DNA of 64,000 nucleotides from Gammaproteobacteria bacterium (GTDB lineage: Bacteria > Pseudomonadota > Gammaproteobacteria > UBA4575), in contig CBDCTA010000029.1 in assembly GCA_965221955.1 (NCBI GenBank), forward strand, positions 224,001 through 288,000, given 5' to 3'. The first letter of the stretch is position 1, and every line of letters begins with the position of its first letter. A program made the position numbers and the translations under genes. A model generated the notes under the pieces. It did not search any database. It was not told the DNA's origin and saw only the letters and a list, made by a program, of their open reading frames with translations. Of the stretch, positions 33,552-44,141 are shown piece after piece.

Positions 33552-33780
33552 TTTTCACCCAATCAGCGTTACTTGATTTCATTATAAAGGACGGTTTGTG
33601 ACAATTTGCATACTAATATGTATGGATGATCATAACTATAGAAACCCTTGATTTGATCCATAGCCATTAACTATTGGCGAGTATAAACTTCATTCAAGTA
33701 GCATAATGATGATCTTAATCAATAGAGAATAAAATGTTGTTGATACACTTTAACAACAAAGAACAAAAACGGAGGTCCCC

Positions 33781-34635
33781 GTGGCGAATCAAATACTCTA
33801 CTCTCCAGAAGAAGTAAAAAATTTACTTAATGATAAAAATACCATCATTGTCGATATCCGCGAAGAAGACGATTATAAAAAGGCGCACATTCCTGGATCA
33901 GTCAGTATTCCGGATGTTTTCTTTTATCTTGCTGAGACGACAGAGGAAGGCTTAAAAGAATTTCAAGATAAGTTTCAAAAATTATTTTCAGAGGCTGGAA
34001 TTACACATGATAAGAAAGTCATTATCTATGAAGATGCGTTAAATAATCGCTATGGTGGTTCTTGTCGTGGATACTGGTTTTTAACTTACTTGGGTCACCC
34101 CGATGCAGGAATACTAGATGGTGGATTTTCGGCCTGGAATAAAGCCGGTTATCCAGTGGATGACATAATTCCAACCCCTGAAGCGGCCAATTTTGAAGTT
34201 AAAACGAATGACGAAATAATTGCGACTAAAGATGATGTATTGGCAGCACTTAATAATCCAAACATTAAGATACTAGATAATCGTGACAAAGACGAATGGA
34301 TTGGGGAGAGCTCATCACCATATGGAAAAGACTTTGTGCCACGTAAAGGACGTTTGCAAGGCGCACGTTGGATTGAATGGTATAAGTTTATGGAGGGCAA
34401 AGCTGATCTGCCTTACTTTAAATCACCTGAAAAAATTCGCGCCATGTGTGCGGAGTATGGTTTGTATCCAGACGACGACATTATTATCTATTGTTTTAAA
34501 GGCGCACGCGTTTCCAATACGTTCATAGCCATGCACTTAGCGGGTTTCAAGCATTTACGTAACTATTTAGGCTCTTGGAATGAGTGGTCGAAGATTGATT
34601 CATTGCCAATCAATGCTGACGTGTATCCTGAATAG
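33781..34635 (+). CDS. Tandem-domain sulfurtransferase (rhodanese)
   Basis: HIPGS, LDGGF, active-site loop YCFKGAR, YLGSWNEWS; GGAGG SD before a GTG start. Confidence 0.92.
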   Translation: MANQILYSPEEVKNLLNDKNTIIVDIREEDDYKKAHIPGSVSIPDVFFYLAETTEEGLKEFQDKFQKLFSEAGITHDKKVIIYEDALNNRYGGSCRGYWFLTYLGHPDAGILDGGFSAWNKAGYPVDDIIPTPEAANFEVKTNDEIIATKDDVLAALNNPNIKILDNRDKDEWIGESSSPYGKDFVPRKGRLQGARWIEWYKFMEGKADLPYFKSPEKIRAMCAEYGLYPDDDIIIYCFKGARVSNTFIAMHLAGFKHLRNYLGSWNEWSKIDSLPINADVYPE

Positions 34636-34782
34636 CTAGTACTAATCGAAACCAAACAAAAAATGCGGGGCTTATTTTTCTTCTTAATTGGTGTGCTAAT
34701 TATCTTTGGATGCTATCAACTCTTTCAATCTATGTAGTAGCATAAATGAATGTTACTTTTGTAAAGATCAACACTAGAAAAT

Positions 34783-37251
34783 CTAGTTGGGAAGAGGCAT
34801 GCGTTCCATTAAATAACAAAGGCAATCTTGCCGTATGACCATTTCATCCAAGGTTAACATGGCAGGCATCATGGAATGGTTGAGTTGAATTTTGTCTTCG
34901 AAGATATGAAATATTTCTTTTCCAATTTCATTATCATCATCATTATAGGCAAGTAACCGGGCCGAACTATTATTAACTCTTCCAAAGCTTGTATTAGCTG
35001 GCATCTCAGTAAAATTCATTTTATCTAATTCGTTTGTGAATAAAATATCTGCATCATCATCTGTGAAGCTAAAAGTAGCTTCTTCTGGTATTTTCACGCG
35101 TGCGAGTGTATGGAATAAATGAATATCTTGGGGTGCAATACGATGATTAGGTATATTTTTCATATGTAAAACAGCATCTACAAAATCGAGTGCATGCTGC
35201 GTTCCACCTTTAGTATTCGTTTTACCGCATTCTAAGGTCACAGAAGGACACAAGTCGCTAAATGCCATCGACTGCACACCCTTGGGTGTTAAAAAATAGA
35301 CTACTGTTGGCCCAAACAGTGCAGCCAAGTGCAAAAATGAGTTATCTAGTTTGTTGATGCAAGCATAGTGAGGGTTCAGGCCTGTATTATTATGTATATC
35401 AATACTTGCAAATAAATTCCTGTTCTTCATTTCATTAACTATTTCGTACATTACAGGCGCTTCTTGAGAATGTGGATAGTTCGTACCTGGCCAAACACGA
35501 TTGTAATCATGCTGTGTATCTAATAAACGCAATCCGTGACGTGCAGCTTGAGTGTTACCAAAAAATATCGATACAGATCTTGGTAGTCGAGTATTTTCAT
35601 ACTTTCGAAGTAATTCCTGTATTACATGGAAACCGGTTCTTTCATTGCCATGTAGTAATACGCTGATAAAAACAGTTTCAGGCCGCATCCCTTGTAAATG
35701 TAACAATGTTGGTTCTGGGAAAATGGTATAAAGTTCTTTCGCACGAATATCAAGCAACTCTTTTGGAAAGCTTTCGAGCTGCTTAAGCTCTAATGGTGTG
35801 GAGGGTTGATTAATGTGCACGGTATTGCGGTTAACTTCCCAAGAATGTACAGGTTGTTCCGTGCGTTGTAAGGTTTGATAAGCATGGGTAAGTTCAGTCA
35901 TATCGCAATTATGTGTAGCGACATACTTTCTTTGCCAACTGGCACCGGTCTGTTCATTCATTATGCGTGCTTCGATCACGTTCAGATAAGTGCTAATATC
36001 TTGCGAACAAATTTTTAAGTCTTTTAAACCCTCTTCGGCTTGAGTAAATAATTCGTCTAGTAGCAAAGATTTTAAATTCGCTGATTTTCCAAACCACTGT
36101 ATAGTGCTCTGTAAATCATTAGTTGCTGCGATATAAAAATTATTTTTTGTTTCTTCAAATGTAGGTAAAGCATGACCTTGTTTTAAGCGTTGCGCCCAAA
36201 ATTGTTGCAAGCCGTAAAAGAAGGCGGCATTCGCCATCATATCGATAAAAGTAGGGCCCGCTGCAATCGCACGGTGTTCAATACGAATATGAGCTTCTCC
36301 ACTTTCACTAAAACCAAGTAAAGGCCTGTTCCATCGCCATATGGTGCCATTGTGTAAACGTAAATGAGCCAGTTTTACATTGTTTTCATCAATTGTTGGA
36401 AGCAGAATATGAAAGTCTTTCAAGTTTTCATGAAAGCACTCCAATATAGATTCTTGTGCAAAACCACTACCAAAGCTCACTCTTTTAAATGGCGCATTTG
36501 GGTTATCTGTATCGATAGATTGCTCAAAAAGTGGAATTCTAGTTTCACTCCATACATTTTTTCCAAATGCAAAAGGTGAGTTCGCCGTAATAGCAACTAA
36601 AGGGGCGGATAAAATAGAAGAGGCGTTGTAATAATGATGTGCATCTTGTGCAGGTACTTTAGTATGAATTTGAAAAGAGGTGGTAGAGGCCTCTAGCATT
36701 ACATCATGACTATATAAATCGAGCAGTTCATTTCCTTGTATGTGTAAATGTACCGGCTTTTTTTTACGTCGATCCATAATTTCACTGTTCAGTGCACGAT
36801 AGCGGTTCATGTCAGACATTGAATGCTCATTCAAATCTGAAAGATTTAAAGTGGGCAATGTGCCAATGAGCAATAGCGAGGATGAAAGACTTAAACTATC
36901 TGCGATCTTTTCTGCTCGTTCCCATGTATTCAGTAAATCTTTATGAAAATCAGATAATACAGAACCCGATAATTTTCGAGGAGTGTTATTAAACTCAAGA
37001 TTAAATTTTGCTAATTCTGGCGTGGCTAATTCTGAGTCAAATCGATCTAGAAATTCTTTGTTAACGGGTGCGGGCTGAAGGGACTTATCTAATAACCAGC
37101 TTTCAATTTCGAAACCACCCATTAAGCCATCATTCGATAATGCGCCATCATTAAACCATGATGTAAGCAAAGTTGTTTCTTGCTCTAGAACTTGTCGAAA
37201 TTTATTGTAATCGTCTTCAGAGAAAAACGTTTTTTCAATTTCTTGGCCCAT
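34783..37251 (-). CDS. Fusion: glutamate-cysteine ligase-like (GCS2-type carboxylate-amine ligase) + M14 succinylglutamate desuccinylase/aspartoacylase-like Zn hydrolase
   Basis: N-half: GFEIE, PELAKFNLEFN, TSFQIH, ANSPF, RIPLFEQ, IWRWNRP, RIEHR. C-half: LLHGNE, DYNR, DIHNN, TLECG. Confidence 0.85.
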   Translation of the reverse strand: MGQEIEKTFFSEDDYNKFRQVLEQETTLLTSWFNDGALSNDGLMGGFEIESWLLDKSLQPAPVNKEFLDRFDSELATPELAKFNLEFNNTPRKLSGSVLSDFHKDLLNTWERAEKIADSLSLSSSLLLIGTLPTLNLSDLNEHSMSDMNRYRALNSEIMDRRKKKPVHLHIQGNELLDLYSHDVMLEASTTSFQIHTKVPAQDAHHYYNASSILSAPLVAITANSPFAFGKNVWSETRIPLFEQSIDTDNPNAPFKRVSFGSGFAQESILECFHENLKDFHILLPTIDENNVKLAHLRLHNGTIWRWNRPLLGFSESGEAHIRIEHRAIAAGPTFIDMMANAAFFYGLQQFWAQRLKQGHALPTFEETKNNFYIAATNDLQSTIQWFGKSANLKSLLLDELFTQAEEGLKDLKICSQDISTYLNVIEARIMNEQTGASWQRKYVATHNCDMTELTHAYQTLQRTEQPVHSWEVNRNTVHINQPSTPLELKQLESFPKELLDIRAKELYTIFPEPTLLHLQGMRPETVFISVLLHGNERTGFHVIQELLRKYENTRLPRSVSIFFGNTQAARHGLRLLDTQHDYNRVWPGTNYPHSQEAPVMYEIVNEMKNRNLFASIDIHNNTGLNPHYACINKLDNSFLHLAALFGPTVVYFLTPKGVQSMAFSDLCPSVTLECGKTNTKGGTQHALDFVDAVLHMKNIPNHRIAPQDIHLFHTLARVKIPEEATFSFTDDDADILFTNELDKMNFTEMPANTSFGRVNNSSARLLAYNDDDNEIGKEIFHIFEDKIQLNHSMMPAMLTLDEMVIRQDCLCYLMERMPLPN

Positions 37252-37325
37252 GGATAAAATGCTAACAGATAGTATTTTTCACACTAAAAGAAAAATATTG
37301 TTTAGTAAAACAATATATAAAAAAT

Positions 37326-37339
37326 TTGATCTGCATCAA
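37326..37339. promoter_or_regulatory. FNR-type binding site upstream of the ligase-hydrolase fusion
   Basis: TTGAT-ctgc-ATCAA, a perfect match to TTGAT-N4-ATCAA, about 75 nt before the start codon. Confidence 0.7.
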
Positions 37340-37430
37340 TTAAATTATGAGGTTATTCAAAGTTTTTGAAAGACGTAAAGTAGTTTAGCATCAATTTAAT
37401 CATGCAGTCTTTTACACTTAAAGCGATAAA

Positions 37431-38414
37431 TTAATTTGTGCCAGCTTCAATTTTTGTCCAATTAGAAGAGATTACTTTATCTGAAACTGAATCACTGTTT
37501 GTGTCTACATCAATGAATACCAGTTTACCTTGCAAAATTGAAACTTCAGCACTAGAGTTTTTACCAGTCAGAATAAGCAAGCCATTATCCGGAGAATCTA
37601 AATCTACAAAGTATTCATTTAATTCTAATAACTCTAACCCAGTAAAGGGTATGGAATTTGCAATAGCATTCACTACAGTATTTTCAAGTTTATTTATGAG
37701 CTTCAATGAATCAACAGTTAATGAATAATTTGAAGGCATAGTAGCCAAATTTATTGTTTGTGAAATATTAATATTAGACAGAGTATTTTTTGAACTGCTC
37801 TCGACAGTTAGCGTATCGCTAGTAATTATTGTTATTAGGGATACAAGTGTGGCATTAAACTGTAAGCTTATTTTGAGGTTACCGCTTATTTTAAAAGTTT
37901 TATTATTAGTGTTTACATCAAAAAGGTCAGCGTTGACGTCAAAATTAAATGTCCAATTTGTACCACTAGAATAAGTACCAATTAAGATACCATCCACATT
38001 GTTGATTGAAATTTCTAGCTTACCATTTGCAACTGTGTCTTTAATAGCGCAGTTTTTGTAATTCAGTACTAGATCATCTCCTTTGGAAACCGTGCTTGAG
38101 TTATCCAAATCTACAACACTGGCATAGAGAGAACCACTGTTATTATCGCAAGAATATATTGAGGTTGATGAGGTGTTAAGGTTATTTATGTATTGTGCTG
38201 ATTGGCTGCTAATATCCGCAACCATAAGTGTTTGAGTTAGTGTCTCGACTACATCGCTGGCAACTCTTTCTGCATTACTTACGACAATAATTATACCTTC
38301 TTCCTCGTCATCCTCATCGTCATCATCACTAAAGCTGCTGATAAACGAACACTTCCCACCAGTAAGCGATAATAATACTGCACACGCAAAAGCAAAAGCC
38401 TTGACCGTTTTCAT
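37431..38414 (-). CDS. Hypothetical exported or lipoprotein, beta-rich, with an acidic N-terminal tract
   Basis: Likely start MKTVKAFAFACAVLLSLTGGKC, then DDDDEDDEEE; Asn/Ser/Thr-rich. Confidence 0.7.
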   Translation of the reverse strand: MKTVKAFAFACAVLLSLTGGKCSFISSFSDDDDEDDEEEGIIIVVSNAERVASDVVETLTQTLMVADISSQSAQYINNLNTSSTSIYSCDNNSGSLYASVVDLDNSSTVSKGDDLVLNYKNCAIKDTVANGKLEISINNVDGILIGTYSSGTNWTFNFDVNADLFDVNTNNKTFKISGNLKISLQFNATLVSLITIITSDTLTVESSSKNTLSNINISQTINLATMPSNYSLTVDSLKLINKLENTVVNAIANSIPFTGLELLELNEYFVDLDSPDNGLLILTGKNSSAEVSILQGKLVFIDVDTNSDSVSDKVISSNWTKIEAGTN

Positions 38415-38859
38415 CTTGTCTACAATCCAATCCTTAACATGGGTATAGAGTTTTATCGAGAAGTGAAGTTCATGTGTGGATAACCACACCATTTGTAAAG
38501 TTACAATAGTGAATGAGTTCAAATAGGAAGTTATTGTCCTAAGTCAATTAGAACCTATAACAAATAAAGAATTAACGAATTAAGGATGAAATAGGATATA
38601 TATCTAGATGTTCAAATCAGTCAACTTTTAGAGTAACTTAGCTGTAGATTCGATTCATATCTGCGAAGTGTATTCCACACATCAATCGAACATCTAGCTA
38701 AAGAAATAGAGGAGATACCAATAAACATTATCTTATATATTAGTAGTTCTTAAATCTCACTAACCCAATGTTTAAATGAGTGATGTACAGATTCCATAAC
38801 TATGTAAACTATATGGCTATAATTATTATTTTCTCAGATCGGTCAATGGAGGATAAGTC

Positions 38860-39837
38860 GTGATTACTGTAAAAATTTTTCTAAAATACGTAATAGCATT
38901 TTTCTTATCTACACAGATTGTTTCAGCAGAAACACCAAAACCCCTTGTCGAGGTTGAATGGTTATCAAACAACCTAGATAAAGTAGCTATTCTTGATGTA
39001 AGAGCAGAAACAAAAAGTTTCACAAGTGCTCCTGTTTTTAAAAGTGATGAAAAAACTAAAAAGCAATATCTTGAACGTGTTGGTGGGCATATATCGAGCG
39101 CCAGAATAGTGCTTTACAAGAATGTGCGAGGCGAACATAAAATTAATAACAAGAAGATTAAATATATGTTGCCTAAAAAGGCTATTTTTGAGGCGCTTAT
39201 TCAAAAGGCAGGTATCAATAAAGATAGTTCTATTGTCATCACTACTAATGCTGAGAGTGATTTTGATTTAACTATGGCAACACGTATGTTCTGGCAACTT
39301 AAATACTATGGTCACGATGATGTTTCTATTTTAAATGGTGGAACAGCTCAATGGATAATAGATGGCCATCATGTTGAAACAAAGTCATCAAAAAATGCTT
39401 CTGGTAATTGGGAAGCAATCGATGAACGGAAAGATATTTATGCGACAAGTGAAGAAGTAGCAGCAGCGATAGATAATAAAGGTACTCAAGTTCTTGATAT
39501 TAGACCGTTAAATCAATATTTAGGTGTTCATAAAAGCTCTAAAACAACGGCTAAAGGCCACATTTCAACCGCAAAACTATATTCACTTGATCTCATTTCA
39601 AATAGAAAAATGCCAGTAAAATTTTCAACCACTGCCGAACTACAAGAAGTCGCAAAAGCGCTTGGTGTTCAAACTGATATTAGCTCAATTACATATTGTA
39701 ATAGTGGGCATATGGCCTCAGGTGGATGGTTCGTTTTGCATGAATTACTGGGTAATCAAAATGTAAAATTATATGATGGTTCAATGCACCAATGGACTGT
39801 AGAAAATAGGCCAGTGGTGAAAATGAAAATGGAATAA
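38860..39837 (+). CDS. Exported tandem-domain sulfurtransferase (rhodanese)
   Basis: Signal peptide (VSA-E), LNGG, active-site YCNSGHMAS, LYDGSMHQW. Confidence 0.9.
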   Translation: MITVKIFLKYVIAFFLSTQIVSAETPKPLVEVEWLSNNLDKVAILDVRAETKSFTSAPVFKSDEKTKKQYLERVGGHISSARIVLYKNVRGEHKINNKKIKYMLPKKAIFEALIQKAGINKDSSIVITTNAESDFDLTMATRMFWQLKYYGHDDVSILNGGTAQWIIDGHHVETKSSKNASGNWEAIDERKDIYATSEEVAAAIDNKGTQVLDIRPLNQYLGVHKSSKTTAKGHISTAKLYSLDLISNRKMPVKFSTTAELQEVAKALGVQTDISSITYCNSGHMASGGWFVLHELLGNQNVKLYDGSMHQWTVENRPVVKMKME

Positions 39838-39854
39838 TAATTTAATTAATAATA

Positions 39855-41231
39855 ATGAAAAAATACGATGCCATTGTGATCGGTGCGGGGCAGGCCGGGC
39901 CTTCGCTTGCCGCAAAACTCGTTTCTGAAAATCTCAAAACTGCCATTATTGAACGCAAATTATTTGGTGGCACTTGTGTAAACACAGGCTGTATTCCTAC
40001 CAAAACATTAGTAGCGAGCGCGCGGGCTGCATACATGGCGCGACGTGGAGAAGACTTTGGTGTAGATATCTCGGGTGATATCAAAATGGACATGAAAAAA
40101 GTCAAAGCCCGAAAAGATGCAGTAGTGCAGCAATCCAATCAAGGCGTAACCGGTTGGATGAAAAACATGGATGGTTTAGATGTTTATGAAGGCCACGGAC
40201 AGCTTGAAAGTGAAAAAGTAGTGAGTGTAAATGGTGAGCAACTACAAGCCGATAAAATTTTTATCAATGTTGGAGCGCGTGCACGTGTGCCGGATATGCC
40301 AGGCTTAAATGAAATTGAATATTTCACAAACTCCAACATCATGAATGTTGATTTTCTGCCCGAACATCTCATCATTATTGGAGGTAGTTACATTGGCTTG
40401 GAGTTTGCTCAAATGTATCGCCGCTTTGGCAGTGATGTCACGGTAATTGAAATGTCGGAACGGCTGATACCAAGAGAAGACCAAGATGTTTCAGAAACGG
40501 TACAAGAAATTTTAGAAAATGAAGGCGTTAACATACGACTTGGCGCGGAATGCATCAGTTTTGCTAAGAAAAGTTCACAAATAGCTGTAACAGATAGCTG
40601 TAATAATGAAAAGCGAGAAGTTTTAGGTTCGCATGTGCTACTGGCAGTAGGTAGGCAAGCCAATACACATGATTTAGGTTTGGATAAAGCGGGAGTTAAA
40701 ACCAATCAATTTGGTATTATCAAAGTAGATGATGTTCTCGAAACTAACGTACCCGGAATTTGGGCGATTGGTGAATGCAATGGAAAAGGTGCGTTTACAC
40801 ACACATCGTATAACGACTATGAAATCGTGGCTGATAATTTGTTTGGTACCAAAACACGAACAGTAAGTGACCGCATTTTGTGTTACGGACTATTCATTGA
40901 TCCTCCATTAGGCCGTGTGGGCTTAACTGAACAACAAGTGCGAGATTCTGGCAAAAAAGCGTTGATTGGGAAGATGATGATGTCACGTATAGGGCGCGCC
41001 AAAGAGCGAGGCGAAATTCAAGGCTTTATGAAAGTGCTTATTGATGCTGAAACCGATGAAATTTTAGGAGCAAATATATTAGGTATTGGAGGTGATGAAA
41101 TCATTCACTTATTCATCGACATCATGTATGCGAAAAAGCCGTATCATGTCATCAAAAATGCAGTACATGTACATCCTACTGTGGCAGAACTGATTCCAAC
41201 CATGCTGCAAGATTTAAAAGAACTAAATTAG
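39855..41231 (+). CDS. Flavoprotein disulfide oxidoreductase (RclA/MerA-like, lacking the MerA C-terminal Cys pair)
   Basis: GAGQAG, GGTCVNTGCIPTK redox disulfide, GGSYIGLE, HVHPTVAE. Confidence 0.9.
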   Translation: MKKYDAIVIGAGQAGPSLAAKLVSENLKTAIIERKLFGGTCVNTGCIPTKTLVASARAAYMARRGEDFGVDISGDIKMDMKKVKARKDAVVQQSNQGVTGWMKNMDGLDVYEGHGQLESEKVVSVNGEQLQADKIFINVGARARVPDMPGLNEIEYFTNSNIMNVDFLPEHLIIIGGSYIGLEFAQMYRRFGSDVTVIEMSERLIPREDQDVSETVQEILENEGVNIRLGAECISFAKKSSQIAVTDSCNNEKREVLGSHVLLAVGRQANTHDLGLDKAGVKTNQFGIIKVDDVLETNVPGIWAIGECNGKGAFTHTSYNDYEIVADNLFGTKTRTVSDRILCYGLFIDPPLGRVGLTEQQVRDSGKKALIGKMMMSRIGRAKERGEIQGFMKVLIDAETDEILGANILGIGGDEIIHLFIDIMYAKKPYHVIKNAVHVHPTVAELIPTMLQDLKELN

Positions 41232-41251
41232 TCGTTAATTATTAAATATCA

Positions 41252-43162
41252 TTGAAGAACATTGTCGAATGTAGATTGATCCGCATTGGTGGCATGATAG
41301 TTTTGCTAGCCTGCAATTTCACTCTTGATGTACATGCTGAAGATTCAAATGTAGTCGAGGTTCGGTCCTATAGACTAACTCCGAAACTAAATAACATACC
41401 TGCAAATGTAACTGTAATTGATCGCGATGATATTGAGAATGATGCTGCTCAAAGTGTAGCTGATTTATTAATTAAGTATGGTTTGCGTGTTGAACAAGCC
41501 GCTGGACCGGGAAGTTTAAGCTCTATTTACTTGCGTGGAGCAGACCCAAATTTCACTCTGGTGCTGATTAATGGTGTAAAAGTAAATGATCCAACCAATA
41601 GTCGTGGTGGTTCGTTTGATTTTTCAAGTCTTGAAATAGAAACCATTGAGCGAATTGAAATTATTAGAGGACCTTTATCCTCAACATATGGATCTGATGC
41701 GCTCTCAGGAGTGATTAATGTCATAACAAAAGAACCTGAAGCGAATACGAATGCAACGGCTAGTTTAGTAAAAGGTGAGAATGGGCTTCACGCTGTATCT
41801 TCTACTTTTTCTAAACAAGCAGATCACTTTAATGTTAGTTTCACGGGTTCTTACAATGATTCTGGAACACAAGTTAGCGGTACAGAATTAGAACGTCGTA
41901 GTGGTGATGTAAAAGGAGCTTGGTATTTTACTGATGCCACGCATTTAAAATTTCATAGTCGTTATTACGATAGTGATGGTTCATCATTTCCAGAAGACAG
42001 TGGTGGTTCAGATTTTGCCGTGAACCGAAAAGTTGAAAAACGAGATATATTTGAATCAGTAAGCAACTTCGAACTTTTACACAGACTGAATAAACTTTTA
42101 GAACTCTCCTTTAAAGGCTCATTATTTCACCACGAAGAAGATATCACTTCACCAGGTGTTGCGCCGGGCATACGTGACCCATTTGGGATTCCAATTAATA
42201 GTAGTGATAGTAAGTTTACAAGATACGCATTTACTGCAAGTGGTTTAATTACGCCCACACGTAATGTCACCAGCGTGGTGGGAGTGGATGTTGAAATGGA
42301 AGAAGGGGAAACAAAAGGTTTGTTTGATTTCGGTTTTGCCCAAATGCCAACTGATTTTGATTTAGAGCGCACCATGTATTCCGTTTTTACAGAAATAGAA
42401 GCATTCATAGGGCCAATCTCTTTGCAGTCAGGGTTACGTGTTGATATGCCAGAAAAATTTAGTAATCGTGTGAGTCCAAATATTGGTCTGAATTACCAAC
42501 TTCCAAATTTAAATTCTAATTTACGAATGAATTTGGGCAAAGGTTTTAAATTGCCTAGTTTTTTTGCGCTTGGAAATCCAATTGTTGGCAATACAGAAAT
42601 TAAACCTGAAACTAGCGAAACGTTTGAGTTGGGAATAGACACAAATTTCTTAAATGATAAAGGGCAAGCAAATGTAACGTTCTTTACACAAGAATTCGAA
42701 AATATCGTCGATTTTGATGCAGGACCACCCCCAAGTTTAGTAAATCGAAGTAAAGTCAATGCAAAAGGAGTAGAGCTTGCATTCGCATTTTCTCCTATGA
42801 ATACATTGTCTAGCCGAATGTTTATCAATTATATCGACACAAATATAAAGGGTAGTGAAGAGGCGTTATTAAACCGTCCTGAATGGCAAGGTAGTTTTTC
42901 TTTACATTGGCAAGCAAAAGATAATATAAGTTATAGCGTAAATGCAGTTTATGTAGATGATCTAGAGGATAGTGCTATTCCAACTGGACCTGTCACACTT
43001 GGTGACTACACGCGAGTAGATGTTTCCGCAGTGTGGAATGCATATTCAAACTTAGACTTCGTGTTCGCAGTCGATAACCTATTTGATACAGATTATGAGG
43101 AAACGATAGGCAACACCGCAGCAGGTATTACGGGTAGAGTTCAAATTCGTGGGAAATTATAA
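41252..43162 (+). CDS. TonB-dependent outer-membrane receptor
   Basis: Plug motifs LRGADPNFTLVLING and IERIEIIRGPLSSTYGSDALSGVINVIT; VDNLFD near the C-terminus. Confidence 0.92.
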   Translation: MKNIVECRLIRIGGMIVLLACNFTLDVHAEDSNVVEVRSYRLTPKLNNIPANVTVIDRDDIENDAAQSVADLLIKYGLRVEQAAGPGSLSSIYLRGADPNFTLVLINGVKVNDPTNSRGGSFDFSSLEIETIERIEIIRGPLSSTYGSDALSGVINVITKEPEANTNATASLVKGENGLHAVSSTFSKQADHFNVSFTGSYNDSGTQVSGTELERRSGDVKGAWYFTDATHLKFHSRYYDSDGSSFPEDSGGSDFAVNRKVEKRDIFESVSNFELLHRLNKLLELSFKGSLFHHEEDITSPGVAPGIRDPFGIPINSSDSKFTRYAFTASGLITPTRNVTSVVGVDVEMEEGETKGLFDFGFAQMPTDFDLERTMYSVFTEIEAFIGPISLQSGLRVDMPEKFSNRVSPNIGLNYQLPNLNSNLRMNLGKGFKLPSFFALGNPIVGNTEIKPETSETFELGIDTNFLNDKGQANVTFFTQEFENIVDFDAGPPPSLVNRSKVNAKGVELAFAFSPMNTLSSRMFINYIDTNIKGSEEALLNRPEWQGSFSLHWQAKDNISYSVNAVYVDDLEDSAIPTGPVTLGDYTRVDVSAVWNAYSNLDFVFAVDNLFDTDYEETIGNTAAGITGRVQIRGKL

Positions 43163-43250
43163 AAAGTCTTAATTTAGGGAAGGTGCTTAGAATTTTATAA
43201 TAGTGAAATAATTCGACTATTTTTAATTCCTTATTATTTAATTAAGCGAG

Positions 43251-44141
43251 TTAATTCTTTACTTTACTGGGTGACTTCCCAATTTCACGTTTGAATGCTT
43301 TTGAAAAAGAAGCTTCGGTAGTGTACCCCGTACGTTGGGCGGCTTCTGCGATGGTAATATTGTCATCACGTAACCAGCGATACGCATTATGCATACGCCA
43401 CCGTTGCACGTAACCAAGTGGCGAAATACTAAGTAACTCTTTAAACCTTTTTGCAAAAGCAGATCGTGACATAAAAGCAATTTCAGCTAATGATTCTACG
43501 CTCCAATCTTTTTCTATATTACTATGGATGGCTTGTAGAACATTTGAAATACGTTGATCTTGAAGTGCTGCGGCTAAACCATCTTTTGAAAATCCTTTAT
43601 CAATATATTCACGAACCAATACCATAAAAATAACTTCTGTTAGGCGGTTCAAAGTTACTTCTGTTCCAGGTAATTCAGATTTAGATTCTGCAATCACCAC
43701 CTCAAGCACGGGTCTTAATTGTTCATCCCATGGCGTCTCGCGGCTATTCACCACAACATAATCAGGCAATAGATCAAACAGCACATTATTATTTACGTGT
43801 TCAAATTCTAAATGTCCACAAACTAAACCCGTGCCATCACTGCGTAAACCTTCTGAAAATGCACGCGAAGGAACAGAATTTAAAGCGATGGTTGTGTGGA
43901 TATCATTAGTGAGCTGATGCTCAGCGTCTCGAGGGAAAAGCACTAAATCGCCCGCCTTTAATAAACCCTCATGTCTTTTACCATGGTTAAGCAATAGTTC
44001 ACATTGCCCATGGGTGACGATATGGAAAGAGGCTTTTGCAGAACCAGAAGTGTCTACGCTCCAATTTCCACAATATTGCCCATTATGGAAAATTCTGGAC
44101 TGGATCCTAAAGGTGTTGAGTAAGTCGCTGAGTATATCCAT
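43251..44141 (-). CDS. AraC-family regulator with N-terminal cupin (RclR-like)
   Basis: MDILSDLL, YCGNW, FHIV..G.C, LVCG, WSVESLA..AFMSRSAFA, GY..EASFSKAFKR. Confidence 0.9.
   Translation of the reverse strand: MDILSDLLNTFRIQSRIFHNGQYCGNWSVDTSGSAKASFHIVTHGQCELLLNHGKRHEGLLKAGDLVLFPRDAEHQLTNDIHTTIALNSVPSRAFSEGLRSDGTGLVCGHLEFEHVNNNVLFDLLPDYVVVNSRETPWDEQLRPVLEVVIAESKSELPGTEVTLNRLTEVIFMVLVREYIDKGFSKDGLAAALQDQRISNVLQAIHSNIEKDWSVESLAEIAFMSRSAFAKRFKELLSISPLGYVQRWRMHNAYRWLRDDNITIAEAAQRTGYTTEASFSKAFKREIGKSPSKVKN

Noticed and set aside
33709-33722. Near-FNR site ATGAT-ctta-ATCAA upstream of the rhodanese
   Set aside because: One mismatch in AT-rich DNA; too easily a chance match to call.
38475-38483. 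Isolated DnaA-box match
   Set aside because: A single 9-mer with no box cluster or origin-like context.
39855-41231. Calling the flavoprotein mercuric reductase merA
   Set aside because: It lacks the C-terminal Cys pair and the N-terminal metal-binding domain, and no mer genes are nearby.
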